From contig NC_068992.1 of NCBI RefSeq assembly GCF_001194135.2, forward strand, positions 66,227,427-66,291,426: a stretch of DNA of 64,000 nt, read 5' to 3'. Below the pieces are notes generated by a model. It worked only from the letters and a program-made list of their open reading frames with translations, had not been told where the DNA came from and did no database searches. The position numbers and the translations under genes were made by a program. Below, piece by piece: positions 35,345 through 47,939 of the stretch. Positions within the stretch are counted from its first letter, which is position 1; each line of letters begins with the position of its first letter. Source of the stretch: Octopus bimaculoides. Its lineage: Eukaryota.

Positions 35345-35617
35345 TTGGTGGCACGTGAAAAGCACCATCCAAATGTGATTGATGCTAGGCCCACCTGACT
35401 GGCTCCTGTGCCGGTGGTACATAAAAAGCACCCACTACACTCTCGGAATGATTGGCAATAGGAAGGGCATCCAGCTGTAGAAACATTGCCAGATCAGATT
35501 GGATCCTAGTGCAGCTGCTGGCTCTCCAGACCTCAGTCAAACCATCCAACCCATGCCAGCATGGAAAATGGACGTTAAACAATGATAATGATCATCATTA
35601 TCATCATCATCATCATC
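35345..35617 (+). mobile_element. RTE 3' UTR copy abutting the inverted RT fragment
   Basis: GGTGGCACGTGAAAAGCACC...CCATGCCAGCATGGAAAATGGACGTTAAAC + GAT/CAT tail. Confidence 0.8.
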
Positions 35618-37276
35618 ACACACACACACACACATACACATTTATATGACAAGCTTCTGTCTAGTTTGCACCCATCAAATTTCATCCAGTGTGAAGCAAT
35701 AGTAGAAGAGACTTGCCCAAGGTAGCACACAACAGGATTGAACTCCAAACCATGAAGGCAAACTTTTTAACTGCACAACCATGTCTACACTATCTGAATA
35801 AAAAATGCAATGGCCACCACTGGAATGGATTTCATCAAAAGTTTGCTGGATCATAGCTGACCTAATTTAAACAATAATGACCTGTTTACAGCCAGGTGGA
35901 TTGAGCTATTGAAACTTATCTTAGTCACAGACACAAGGTGATAGCAATGACAACACAAAATACTGGCCTCTTAGCTGATTGTCCACCACTTTTGGTCAAA
36001 CCTGCTGCTTTTAACAACATAGGAATGAAAGAGAATTGGCTTTGCTTGTAAATAGAATGTTCTGAGAATCTGACAAAGAGCTTTTCAGACAATTCCATGA
36101 GGAAATACACCAATAAACTGTAGATAGTTTCATAAAACTAAGCATTATCTATTTAGTATGAAGATGCTAAATAAAGAAAGACCTGCTACATAGGTTATTG
36201 TTTTTGGATAAGTAATGGAATAAGTAGTTTCTTAGTATATAAACGATGGTATTGCAGGACTGTGTGTGTGTTGTGTTGTGTTTGAAAACTGTATAGTTAA
36301 TTTAAACAAATCAATCATCTTTTTAGAGAGGAGGTAAGTTGAAGCTGTGCCAGATGCAAAATAGTTCCAGAAGTCATGTGATTTCATTTTGGAATTTTGT
36401 TGGCTGCTGACCAAACTATCCAGTTATTCCAACCAAAGTGAAGGTTGTTGAAAATAGAAACTCTATGTTTCTAAGTAGGCTGGCTTATTCAGGCTAAAAT
36501 GAAAGACAGAGAGAGAGAGAGAAAGAAATAAAAGGTTCAAGAAAGTGAAAAAATGAGAAAAGAAAAAAAAGAATAGCAACTGTTGTAATTAACGTAAAGT
36601 AATTTGGGTGGAGAATGGCAAGGAAAACGTTTAAAGACAAAATTAGAGAATAATTATAAATATATAAAGAAATAACTCTAATATTTTGAAATATGAAGAA
36701 AATCTTAAAATGACTGTTGGTTTATTGAGTCCACCATCTACAAGGATATGGGTGTGTGGTAGGTAAGAGAGAGAGGAGAGAATGTAATGTTTGGAAATAA
36801 TACCATTTGTTTATTCTAGAGATGTGGAATCTATGCATCAATAAGGTTGTTCTTTGAGTCTGGCTGTCCTCAAACACTTGAGTGTACTATGAGAAACCTC
36901 ACAGTTTACTGTTCTGTCCCTTCATCTCTTGTTACAGGTCTTGTCATCGGCTAAATCACTGCCTGACCAATCTTTCTTCAGGCAATCTGTCCTAATGTTC
37001 CAATGACCAAGAATTATCTGTTGTTGCTGGTGTAATTATATAAGAAGACTTGCCATTTCTTGATAGCCTTTAACTAAACAATTTAATCATCGTTGAGATA
37101 TTATAAGTAAATATAAATATTAAGTCGAAGGCTGTTGTTTGGTTGCATTTGTATGGCATTGAGATGGTGGGGGGAGATGGAATTTCCATTCATAATGTGC
37201 TTCATAAGTTCAATCAATCAAATTTTTTAGTTTTACAAGCATGATTAAATGCTGTTAACTGTTTTGTTGTTTAACC

Positions 37277-37440
37277 ATCATCATTGAACATCCGTTTTCC
37301 ATGCTGTTATGGGTTGCATGGTTTGACAGGAGCTGGCAAGTTGGACAGCCGCACCAGGTTCCAATTGTCAGTGTAGGCATAGGTTTCTATGGTTGGATGC
37401 CATTCCTAACGCCAACCACTTTGCAGAGTGCACTGGCACC
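37277..37440 (-). mobile_element. RTE 3' end copy
   Basis: Reverse complement of the family motifs, with a CAT tail on the left. Confidence 0.7.
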
Positions 37441-37458
37441 AACACAGGTTGTCTTTAA

Positions 37459-37680
37459 CCCTTTCATTATCAACCCGGCTGAAACCAGTTCTGGTTCTGT
37501 AGTACAAATGTCTTGTTTTCATAAGTTTTGAATTAAAGTCTCCCATCAAACCTTAGTCACAATTTATGTTCCTAACACTAGCTTAATGATGACTAAGTTA
37601 TTTTACTAAATTCTTTGTTCTATTTAAAGTAATTGAAAGATACACAGAGCATCTCGGCAGAAATACAGTAACGAGTGGGG
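37459..37680. mobile_element. Possible piggyBac-type MITE
   Basis: Left end TTAA|CCCTTTCATTATC; right end degenerate (GTAACGAGTGGGGTAG); AT-rich interior. Confidence 0.35.
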
Positions 37681-38311
37681 TAGAATAGAAAGGGCAGCAG
37701 CTTTATAATCAGGGCTGAGAAGCTGATGAACAATAGAGGAACAGGAATAGGTTTCTTATAGTAGAGGAGATATGTGGCTACATCATTATATAAGGGTGGC
37801 TGGAGATAATGGGAGTGGAGAGGTAAAGATGGTGGTGGTGAGGTGTCAGGATGGACTCTGAAAATACAAAACAGTTAGGAAAAGAGAGAATGATGCCAGA
37901 AGGTTGGGTGCAATGTAGCGAATGGCAAAGAAAAGTGAGAGGAGTCAGTGGCAGATGTGGGAGGATGTTAGGAATGAAATAGGAGTGTCAATGAGAATTA
38001 GTTAAGAGGAGAGAAAAGGAGATAACTGGTGGCACAGAAAGGGTGATCAGTGGAAAACAAAGGTGGAGAGGGATTGAGAATGAGGAATGGATGTCAAAAG
38101 GAAGTGGTTCCTGCAAGAGAGAGAGAGAGAGAGAGATAAGTGGTAGGTGAGAAAAGTGATGAAATATTTAGTTCTACTCTCATTTAATTACAGCATTAGA
38201 TTAATGCAGTGGTTAGTATAGTGATGGAAGGATGAACGTTAGAAAGATTAAAAAGTGAGGAAAGCCTAGCAGGGATAAATTGGGCATAGAATGCACATGC
38301 GTGTGTGCACG

Positions 38312-38342
<31 letters not shown>

Positions 38343-39150
38343 ATATGCCTATATAGAGTTAAACGTTCAGGAATTCAGACTTGACATTTTGATTGTACCA
38401 ATGGTACTTTTTTTTTTTTTTCTTTGCTTGTGAAATTGAAGGAAAACAACCCCACTAACTGACTGAGTGTACTTTAATAAAAGAAAATGTCAAGATGTAG
38501 AGTATTCTAAATTCTTTTCACAAATTCTTAATATGTTTGAAATATGTTTAAAATTTTCACTTGTTTCAAAAAACACTTATATCAGTTGCAGAATGGCCTT
38601 GTCCATCTTGGTCATAAATTGGTTCAACAGAATAGAAATATTCCTTCACACTATCATTTTAGCTGAGTTTGCATACACCTACTTTATCATTCACTTTCAA
38701 CCCAAGATAATCCAATTGCATCTCAGTTTCTTTCATTTTGGTTGTGGACCCTAATTCTGATTACGGTCCCAGTTTTGATAGCTACACTGTCAACAGTCCA
38801 TCTCATATTAGACTTTTCACACATTGGTGTCTACCACTACCAGATTGCATATTTTACTTGTCTACGAGAAATTCCATGACGATGTCTTGAATGCCTTTGG
38901 CTAACTTATGGATGCCAGTCACAACCGTGATTTCCCTTGAAAGTTCTCTCTAAGACTCTATTGTAGCATCATTGCTAATTCCATTCAAATACACTTTGTT
39001 TAAAGCCAACCTAACCATATCCTCTTTCACCTCCTCCTCCTCATCATCACCATCATCATCATAATTTTTCTCTGTATTATGTTATTTTCATTCTTACTTT
39101 TTGGGGAAAAAAATCTATTTCTATGATTTCTTCTTTTTTCTTTTCCACAG

Positions 39151-42100
39151 AATGTTGGTAAAATTGACACACAATCACAGCACCAGCAGCAACTACAAAA
39201 ACAGCAGCAGCAACTACAACAACTGCAACAGCAGCAACTACAACAGCAACACACTCTGTTATTACTACAACGGCAGAAACTGCAACAACAGCAACAACAG
39301 TCACTGCAACTTTATAAAACACAACAGAAACAGTTGCAACAACAGCAGCAGCACCTTCAGCAACAGTACCACCTGCAGCAGCAGCAGCAGTTAGGTCAAC
39401 AAAATATTAAAAATGTTGACAATGATAAACCAATTTTGGTGCCTGAAGCACCATTTACAAGGAACGTTCCCAAAGTTTCTCGTATAAAACAGAAAAATAG
39501 ATATCGCTCAACATGTCAATATGACAGACCAATTTCTTCCAGCACCCTAAACAGACAGTCTTCTTATAGAGATTGGCCTCCAGTTAACTTGGGGAAGAAT
39601 TTCCCCAGTTCTGCTGGAAAATGTAGTTCTTATGATTTCCCAGATTGCGTAAGAAAAACAGGTGCTACCACAGCAACTTGTTACAAAGACCGGGGTGGTG
39701 TTAGTGAGAGTGGTGGCGAGTGTATTGACAGTACTGAAGATGGTACAAGTGATGCGTGTACATTGGACTACCACACATTTGCCAAGTATGAGCATCAGAA
39801 CAAGGTTGACTTTAGTTTAGCCTCTCATAAACATCTTCGGAAAAATAATGGTGCTAGTTGTTCCGGGCCGTTTCCTGCTGAGTCTGCTTCGGATGTATTA
39901 AGTCGCTCTGATGTCTCACCTGACAGTGGAATTCAATCGTTCCCAGGCACACCTGTAAGAAACGAATCCCCAAGTCATTTACTATTGCTTAATTCTGATA
40001 ACCACATTGAAGGCAGCCAGTTACTGTCCAACAGCCAACTTAACCGATGTATTTCAACATTTCAAAAACCAACCAGCTTATCCCAGCAAAGTATTGCCAC
40101 AACCACAACCACCACGACCATCAATACTGCTACTACCACTTCTACTACTTGTGCCACCTCTCAGGTTACTCTCAGTTCAATTAGCTGTGATCTTAATAGA
40201 CAAATCTGTGATATAAAAACAACTTCCTCAGCATCAGATTCAAAACACATGGGAAGGAGGAGAGGTAGGGGGCGCCCTCCTAAAAGGGCAAAAAATTCAT
40301 GGATATTACAAAACAAGAAGTCATTGATTTATGCTCACTTGTATGCAGAAACAAGAGACGCCGAGGTAATTGAGAGGACCCCGTTTTCTAACAACATAAC
40401 ATTGCCTGAACACATACAAGCAAACAATCATCACACAAAAGATGTCAATGAGTTTCCTTTTTGTCAACAAATGCCCCATAAGATTCTGGAAAGAAATTAT
40501 TCGGCTGATATTCTAGGTAAATCTTTGTCTAGCTACCAAGGGTGCAGGTTCCAACAAGACGATGGCAACCTTTCCCCGACTCGAGAGAATAAACAGTCAG
40601 TCTCTGAGCATAACCTATCTAATAAGAAAGTCACAAAGACTAAGTCACTTGAACCATTTCTACAGAACACTAAAGCAACATTATTTGAGAAAAATAAAGA
40701 TGTGAATTTGTCTGTTAGCTCGAAACTACCAACTTGTGTCGATGAAAAATCTGGCAGCAATTCTAAAGCCTATGGCAGTGTGCCATGCTTTGATAAATTC
40801 AACATCCATTCAAATGGGAAGTCAAATCCAGTGCTTTGTACGAGTGTGGACAGCATAAGCAATGCTAATAAAACATCTCAGTTATCTTACCTTGCCAACC
40901 TCTTTGAATATGAGGGGTCACATGACAAACAACCCTGCTTGAACAAAACCAGTGATTTATCTGCTGAGAAGAAAGGTAGTGAGTTGAATAATTCCACAGG
41001 TATGAATGATATGTCTTACCTGAAATATGTAGATAACATACATACTGAGAACTCCTCAAATTTCTCACGGGCCAAAAAGAAAGACAAACTGTGCAGCAAG
41101 AAAGCAGAGAGGCAAATGTTATCATTGAACAGCAGTGAACAATCAGTTTGTCAATCATTAGCCAACTCCTCATCTGCACAATACTCATCAGACATTTCAA
41201 CCCACAAATTTGGTTCTTTAGTTAAAACAGTGGATGTTCTTTCAAGTAAGGAAAAAGTGGACTCTCTCTATAAGAAAATGTGCATATTTTCAGAAAACAA
41301 AAAAACTGATTCTGCGTTTGATAAATCTTATTCTAAAAAATGTAACTCATCTAATAAGTTAGATTGCATACCAGCATTGCAAAAGGCAGATTTTGATAGT
41401 TATAAAGGCATCAAAGATTCATTACTCCCTAATCGCAGAATATATGAAGATTCTCCACCAGTTCTAATGAAAGCTGAAGATTTGCCATGCTCTGAAAAAG
41501 TCAAAGATCCACCTTGTTTGGAAGAATATTGTTTGCCTGGAGTTAAAAAGACTGAAACCAAACGTAAAAAGGCTGAAAATATGCCGAAAATTAAGAAAGC
41601 TGAAAAGCAGTTTGTTCCTATTAAACAGGATCTATCCAAGCCCAAGACTGACAGTTTTGTTCCTGCAAATGTCGAAAATGGTAAGATTCTTGAAGATTTT
41701 CGGTTGTCAAAATCTGAAAAGGCTGAGCCAATAAATGACATTGTTAGTAATTCTTTTGGGAAGAAATTAGATTCTAAAATGAAAGACGAACAGGTAAAAC
41801 CCATGTTGGAACCCAAAGAGGGCGATGAAAGTAAAAAGGTGAAGGTAAGCAAAACTGGTAACACACTGTTGAAAAAATGTAATCTAGCAGAACAGAACAG
41901 TGAAACTTGTTTAATGCAGTCGAATAAAAAAGTTTCTGTTAAGAAATCTGAAGAAAAATTAGAATCTAAAAATATAAATATGAATTATGTATCAAAAAAT
42001 ACTGATTTATCATCAGCACCATTAACCCCAGTACTGTCCAGATGTGAAGAGAACAATTTCTTAAGTAAAACATCATCTGTAAATTGTCAGGCACCACCAC

Positions 42101-45100
42101 CACCACAACAACAACAGAAGCAACAATTCAAACAAGTTAAACAACGACAGATTGGGAAATCTCAGCAGGTCCAGCTGAAACAGAAATCCACTCAACAGAA
42201 AGACACAACTTCATCGGAGACAAAACAGAAGAGTTCATCATTACCATCACATCACAGCTCCTCGCATTTACAACAAGAAAAACATCTTGTAGATTTACAA
42301 TCTCAGAAAGCTACAACACATTTACACAAACAGAAGCAGCAGTCTGTGCAATCAAAACAACAGCAGCAGCAGCATCCACTGCAATTCCAGGATGCAAGAC
42401 ACCCTCCACAATTACAAGAACAACCTGCACAACTTCAACAGAAAAAGCAAATGCTACATGTGCAGCAGTTTGTTTCACAGCATCAGCAACAACCATTACA
42501 GCCACAACATCATCCTCCCAAATTACTTCAACAACAGGTTTTGTCACCAACCAAACTATTGGAACAGTGTCGCCCTCCATTAAACCTTCAAGAACAACTA
42601 CCACCCCAGCTGTACCAACACCGACCATCAACCGCACCGGCCAAGATCCAAACATCGGCCTCACTACAACCAAAAGAATCTCACTCAAGTCCAACCAAAC
42701 AGATGCAACAACAACCAGTACTGCATTCAATTAAACCAAAGAAGAAGGCTGACAATGGAATTGTTGAAAGAAACAAGCAAATTCCATTGATGAAAAAAGC
42801 CAGATCTCTTTCCAAGAAATCTATCAATAACCATATACATCCTCCAGACAGTAAGGCTTCTTTATTGTCTCAGCCTCCGCCAGCCAATAGTATTGAGGAA
42901 CCAGTTGTGAAGAAGACTGAAGAATCATCTGAGATGAAAGCCATTGATGATAGGTTGTGCAGCCAAAGTTTTGTTGAATCTCTCAATACAAAGCAGTCAG
43001 GGACATTTGGAAATAACGTGGATGGGTCAAAGCTGCCCAAAATTAAGGATGATATAGTTTTACAGAAGGAAAAGGATGTCTTAACAGATAAAATATCTTG
43101 TCAGTCTGAAGATGACTTTGAGTCTTTCCCCAGTCAGAAGGTAATTCAAAATGATGTAAATTTTATAAAATCTGATAATTTAAGAAGTCTCCAGAAATTG
43201 AAGAAAGGAAAGAAACTTTCAAAGCTTCAGAAGTTACACCTCACTGATAAGAAAAATACTTCAGAAGAACTTCTGAAGTTGGCCGAAAAACATTCCTTAA
43301 ATGCTCCAGACTCTCCCAAAACTGAAGGCCCAAGCAAATTAAAAAGAAGTTCGTTAGTTAGACGTAAAAAAGCTGCATTTAACAGTAATTTCAAAAATCA
43401 AGTTGAATCTCTTCAAGGAACAATAACGGACCCTTGCATTCGGAACACTTGTGATTCTAAAGCTGAATTCCATTCGAGTTACAGAAACTGTAACGATTTA
43501 TGTGATAAAACCAAGACTGAAATAGGTGGGTCATTAAATGGGATCCAAGTTCGCAGAAAACCAGGAAGACCAAAGGGCTCTAAAAACAAGTCGATGCTAA
43601 AGAAAACTTTGGCGTCACAGAAATTACCGACCATGTTTGAGCAACCTGAAAATAATGGGATTCCCAATAATATGACCCATGATAACTTGATGTCTGGTAA
43701 ACTGAGTCAGCGGAGCTCAAGGAGTTCTTTGAGTGGTTCAACTCATAGCTTGTCCCCTATTGTGAAACGTCCCCGAGGGAGACCTCGGAAAAATCCAACT
43801 GCTAATGCTTTACGGCCTTTGGAAAATAAGCGTTTACGGCATTTAGAAGAGGTAACTCAGACTGGATTGGAATGTGAGAACTCTGAAACCTTGGAGACTA
43901 AACGAAGATCCGGGTTAGGGCAAAAACTCCCTTCTGAAGAAGGAGATTTTGATTCATTGATCAGGAGTGTTCACGATTCAATTAAATCTCAGTTCCATGG
44001 CCAAGAGGAAACCGAAGATTTTAATGACTTCAATTTGACTGATAATTTAGACACCATTGAACCCACTCTTGTTAATGTTTGCATTCAGCAAGAAACCAAA
44101 CCCACTCGAGTTGTTCCGAAAATCAGGAGGCCTAAGCTTCACGTGATGATGCGTAGGCCTCGTCGTGGACGAAGGAAAAAAAGAAGTGTTTCATCAAACA
44201 GTCATCAGTCGTTTCTTCGGAGCTCTTTTTCATCAAACGTTAATCTCCCTGCAAAAGCTACATTTTCTTCATTTACTTCCAATAACATTCATCTTAATCA
44301 GCCGTCTTTTACATCAGATGGAAATTCTTTTTCTAGTTTTGCTGCAACATCAACCACAATCTCAAAAGCAGGATTTCATTCACAGTCATTCAAGAAATTT
44401 ACTCGCCAATGTGCAAAACGTAAATTAATCAGTAAGAAGAAGAAAAAACGGATGCTTTATTTTCGGTCTAAACATAAAAATATAGTTGATCCAGTATTTC
44501 TTGCAGATCTTGATGTAATAATTGGACAATTTGATAGTTTGATAATATCAGAATCTCTTGAACATCTTGCAAAGTTTAACATGGGTGACAAACCTATGCC
44601 AAGCATATTTCGGTTAGCAAAAATTATCAGCAGTAAAAAGAAAAAAAAGGAAAGGCAACTGACATATAATGAACAGAATAACTGCCACTTTTCATACGAG
44701 GACATGCAGTGTCAGCTCTCTCCACAGATAAGCCCAACAGAGAACCAGCAGTCACCATTCCATTATTTAACAGACAAATCTAAGAAGGTTAAGTTACGTA
44801 AGGAGTTGAGAGAACGTTGCTCGAAAGATGTTGGGGACAAAAGGAACAAAGCAGCAGCAGCTGAAAAATTACTGAAAGACCCTGTAAAAGTTGGAGTGAA
44901 AGAACCTGGTGGGAAGAATCGTCGAGAGGCTTGTGAAAAAGTCGTCAAGGATACAAAAGAGCGAGAAAAAGTGAGCCGAGGTTTATCGCTTGATAGAGCA
45001 CGCCGATGCTCTTCACTTGACAGAGTACGAAAAGGTTCATTAAATAAAGTACGCAAGGGGTCGTCATTAGATCGAAGTGGCAAAACTTCTAGTGAGTGCC

Positions 45101-45919
45101 ACTTTGAGAAAAATGGTTCTGATGAACAAAATGGTGATATTAAATTTCACAAAAGTTATGTTAAAACTTTGAATAATGCCATCGATAAATCCACTGATGT
45201 TGACAATAAGATATCTAAAAATGATACAACATTGGAACATATAAAAACCAAAGATTCAGAATTAACTGAGACAATTCCTGAGAAATCCTTTGCAAAATCT
45301 AATCGTAAGGTTTCTGTAACTCCAAAATCTGATAAATCATTAGAAAAGTCGTGTGATGAGCATTTAGAATCGGAGAAAAACATTGATAAATCATTGGATA
45401 GTTCAAAAGTGTTATTTCAGAAGGAAGAGAATCTTCGAAGAGTAAATGAGAAGATGAATTATGTCGGTGCTGTTCACAGCAAAGAAAATGCCGAAAATTC
45501 TTATAGAGAGAAATGTCCACAGGAGTTGTTAGAGAAACCGCCTCATAAAGAGTGCTTTGATAGAAATCGTAAAGATTTCTTAGAAAAATCTCGGAAAGAC
45601 TCAGGAGAGAAAATTCGCAAAGAAATTGGAGAGAAAAGCCATAAAGAGAAAAATAAAGTAATTCGTCGGAAAAGTGCCTCTGAAGAGAATCTCTGCCAGA
45701 CTGGTGAAGAGATGAAAATGAGCAACCAGCAGTGTTTGCCACCAAAGAAGAGACATAAACTCTTTTCCAGTGTCCAATCATCTGCTGAAGGAGATTGTCA
45801 AATGTCAAATGGGAAAGCTGATCCCACACTTCAGTGCTTAAAGACACCGGAAAAGCGTAAAGTTGGCCGACCACGCAAACATCCATTACATTATGAAGAA
45901 CTTCCTAATGTAGATTCTG
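39151..45919 (+). CDS. ASH1L: ASH1L-like giant coding exon (6,769 nt; polyQ, four AT-hooks, conserved DPxF...PxIFR block)
   Basis: Acceptor TTTTTCTTTTCCACAG|AAT at 39150/39151 is phase 0 and in frame with ORF 39334..45927 (183 nt upstream, no stops). Donor CTG|GTAAGT at 45919/45920 is phase 1. AT-hooks: RGRGRPPKR (~40258), RKPGRPKGSK (~43555), KRPRGRPRK (~43765), KRKVGRPRK (~45853). The block KKKKRMLYFRSKHKNIVDPVFLADLDVII...PMPSIFRL resembles recalled human [25 protein letters not shown]...LLPTIFRI. Confidence 0.92.
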
Positions 45920-46018
45920 GTAAGTAATTAACACTTTGGTGCAACTTCTTCTATATTGTCTTCTTCAAAGACATCTTAACACATATCTTCTTTATTGAAG
46001 TTAGCGATCTTGTAAGGA

Positions 46019-46215
46019 GTGAAGGCGCATGGCTCAGTGGTTAGAGTGCCAAACTTATGACTGTGAGGTTGTGAGTTTGAATCCTGGACCGGGTTGTGTG
46101 TTGTGTTCTTGAGCAAGACACTTTATTTCATGTTGCTCCAATTCACTCAGCTGTAGAAATGAGTTGCAACATCACAAGTGCCAAGCTGTATCGGCCTTTG
46201 CCTTTCCCTTGGATA
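46019..46215 (+). mobile_element. tRNA-derived SINE
   Basis: A box TGGCTCAGTGG and B box GTTTGAATCC, followed by TTCTTGAGCAAGACACTT, which resembles the central CCTTGGGCAAG domain of CORE/Meta-type SINEs. Confidence 0.75.
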
Positions 46216-47939
46216 AATTAAGCTGGTATTTTTTATGCCTGCTATTTCAGTACAACTCTATGCATGCATGAAGCATCAGACAACCACATTGGGAGTTTAT
46301 AGCTGATTCTGCCCATAAGAAAGGAACAAATAATACAAGGTGGCTGTAGGTCATCACACCCTGGCAATGCCGGGATGCATTGCTAGTTCTTTATAAGTGT
46401 TAAGTTATCCTTTTCCAGAGTTGATGAAATAGAAAGCAGTCAAGTACAGGGGTTGTTCATTGACTACACATCTCCAAAATGTGTAGCCTTTGTATTAGTG
46501 GTAGAAATCCTTATCTGGGGCCCACAGTCAGAGTTATTCCATACATATGGTCCATTTAGGGCTTATTGAAAGTCTTAATATTCTTCAGTTGATTTGAACT
46601 GCCTTCAACACTTCATGTTATCTGTTTATCTTTAATCTTCATCCATGCAGCATCTTGATTCAAGTGTCTTTTACCATGAGTCTTGTGTGTGGAATTTGGG
46701 AGGTAGAAAGTATATGGAAGTTTGGGTGGTACCATTTCTGTTTATAGGGAACTGCTCTAACACCAGCCCTTAGTCCTGGAGTACCTTTAACATAGTAAAG
46801 TCCATTGTAAACATTGAGACCAAATTTCTAGTCTGACAATAAATTCCTCTTTCCCTCCAACCAGTCTGGGGTCTCTGAGAGAAAAAGTCGAGGACACTGC
46901 TCTTCCTCTTCTGAGAAAAGTCAATGTGGTACTTCTTTACCATCTGAGGATGCAATGTATGTCTGTGTGTCAGCTGCAGTAAATATATTCCATGAAGCGT
47001 TCACCAGTTTGTCACTGGTTCTGTTGTTGATCCATAGTTTTCACAATCTTCAGGAAACCTCTTCAGTGGTTCTACTTTAGAATCACTACACGAATACAAT
47101 GAAGTAGTACCACTTCAGTAACCCTATCAATTACAGGATGTCCATTAAAATTCTTCATATATTCTCCTCCTCCTCCTCCTCTTGATCTACATTAAATATT
47201 TCAAGTTGATATTTGCTTTTTCACCTTTCTAGAAGTTAAAAGCTCTGGCTTCAACAAAATGATTGTTATTTTAGTTTTAGAGCAAACACATAGGACTTCA
47301 CTCCTCACCCCACCCCCTTCTCATTCACCTACATTGATTACATCTGGAACAAATAGCCATTCTCCAATATTATTCCTGGCAGAACTGGGCACAGAAGGGA
47401 AAAAATTGGTTTTGAGTTTGTTTTTAATATTTTTCTTCTTTCTGTTGCTTGACTTTTTTTTTCTTTTTGTTATTCTTATTCCTCATTTACCATTTCAACG
47501 GCAGCAGAGTTGATTATTTTCCTAAACTGTTTTAGTTTTTAACAGTGATTTTATAAATTTATTGAAAATAGAAACACAGAGAGTCTTGGTGGTTAATGCG
47601 ATCTGTAGACATGGAGTTAGAGGGGTGGGTGGGTGTCTCTTTGGTTAATTTATTTTTTTATTTGTTATCTTTTTTTTCTTGTTGGTTGTAGATTGACTGA
47701 CATTATGCCATTGAGGAAGGAAGGGGTGGATCCTTTTTTAAAAAAAAATAATAAATTACGTTTGACATTTAATGCATTCCTAATTCTGGGTGATGGCATT
47801 GTTAGAAGCAGTTTGAGAGTTGCAAAACTAGAGGATCGCTGTCTCTTATTTCTGAGTTCAACTTCTGCTTCGATTTGAACTTTGCCTTCTCCAGGCAGAG
47901 TGATGCTGTTGGTGGCAGCAACAGTGGTGGTGGTGGTAA

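Noticed and set aside
39547-45886. Antisense and alternate-frame ORFs within the giant exon
   Set aside because: Expected shadows of a long coding exon; none resembles a known family.
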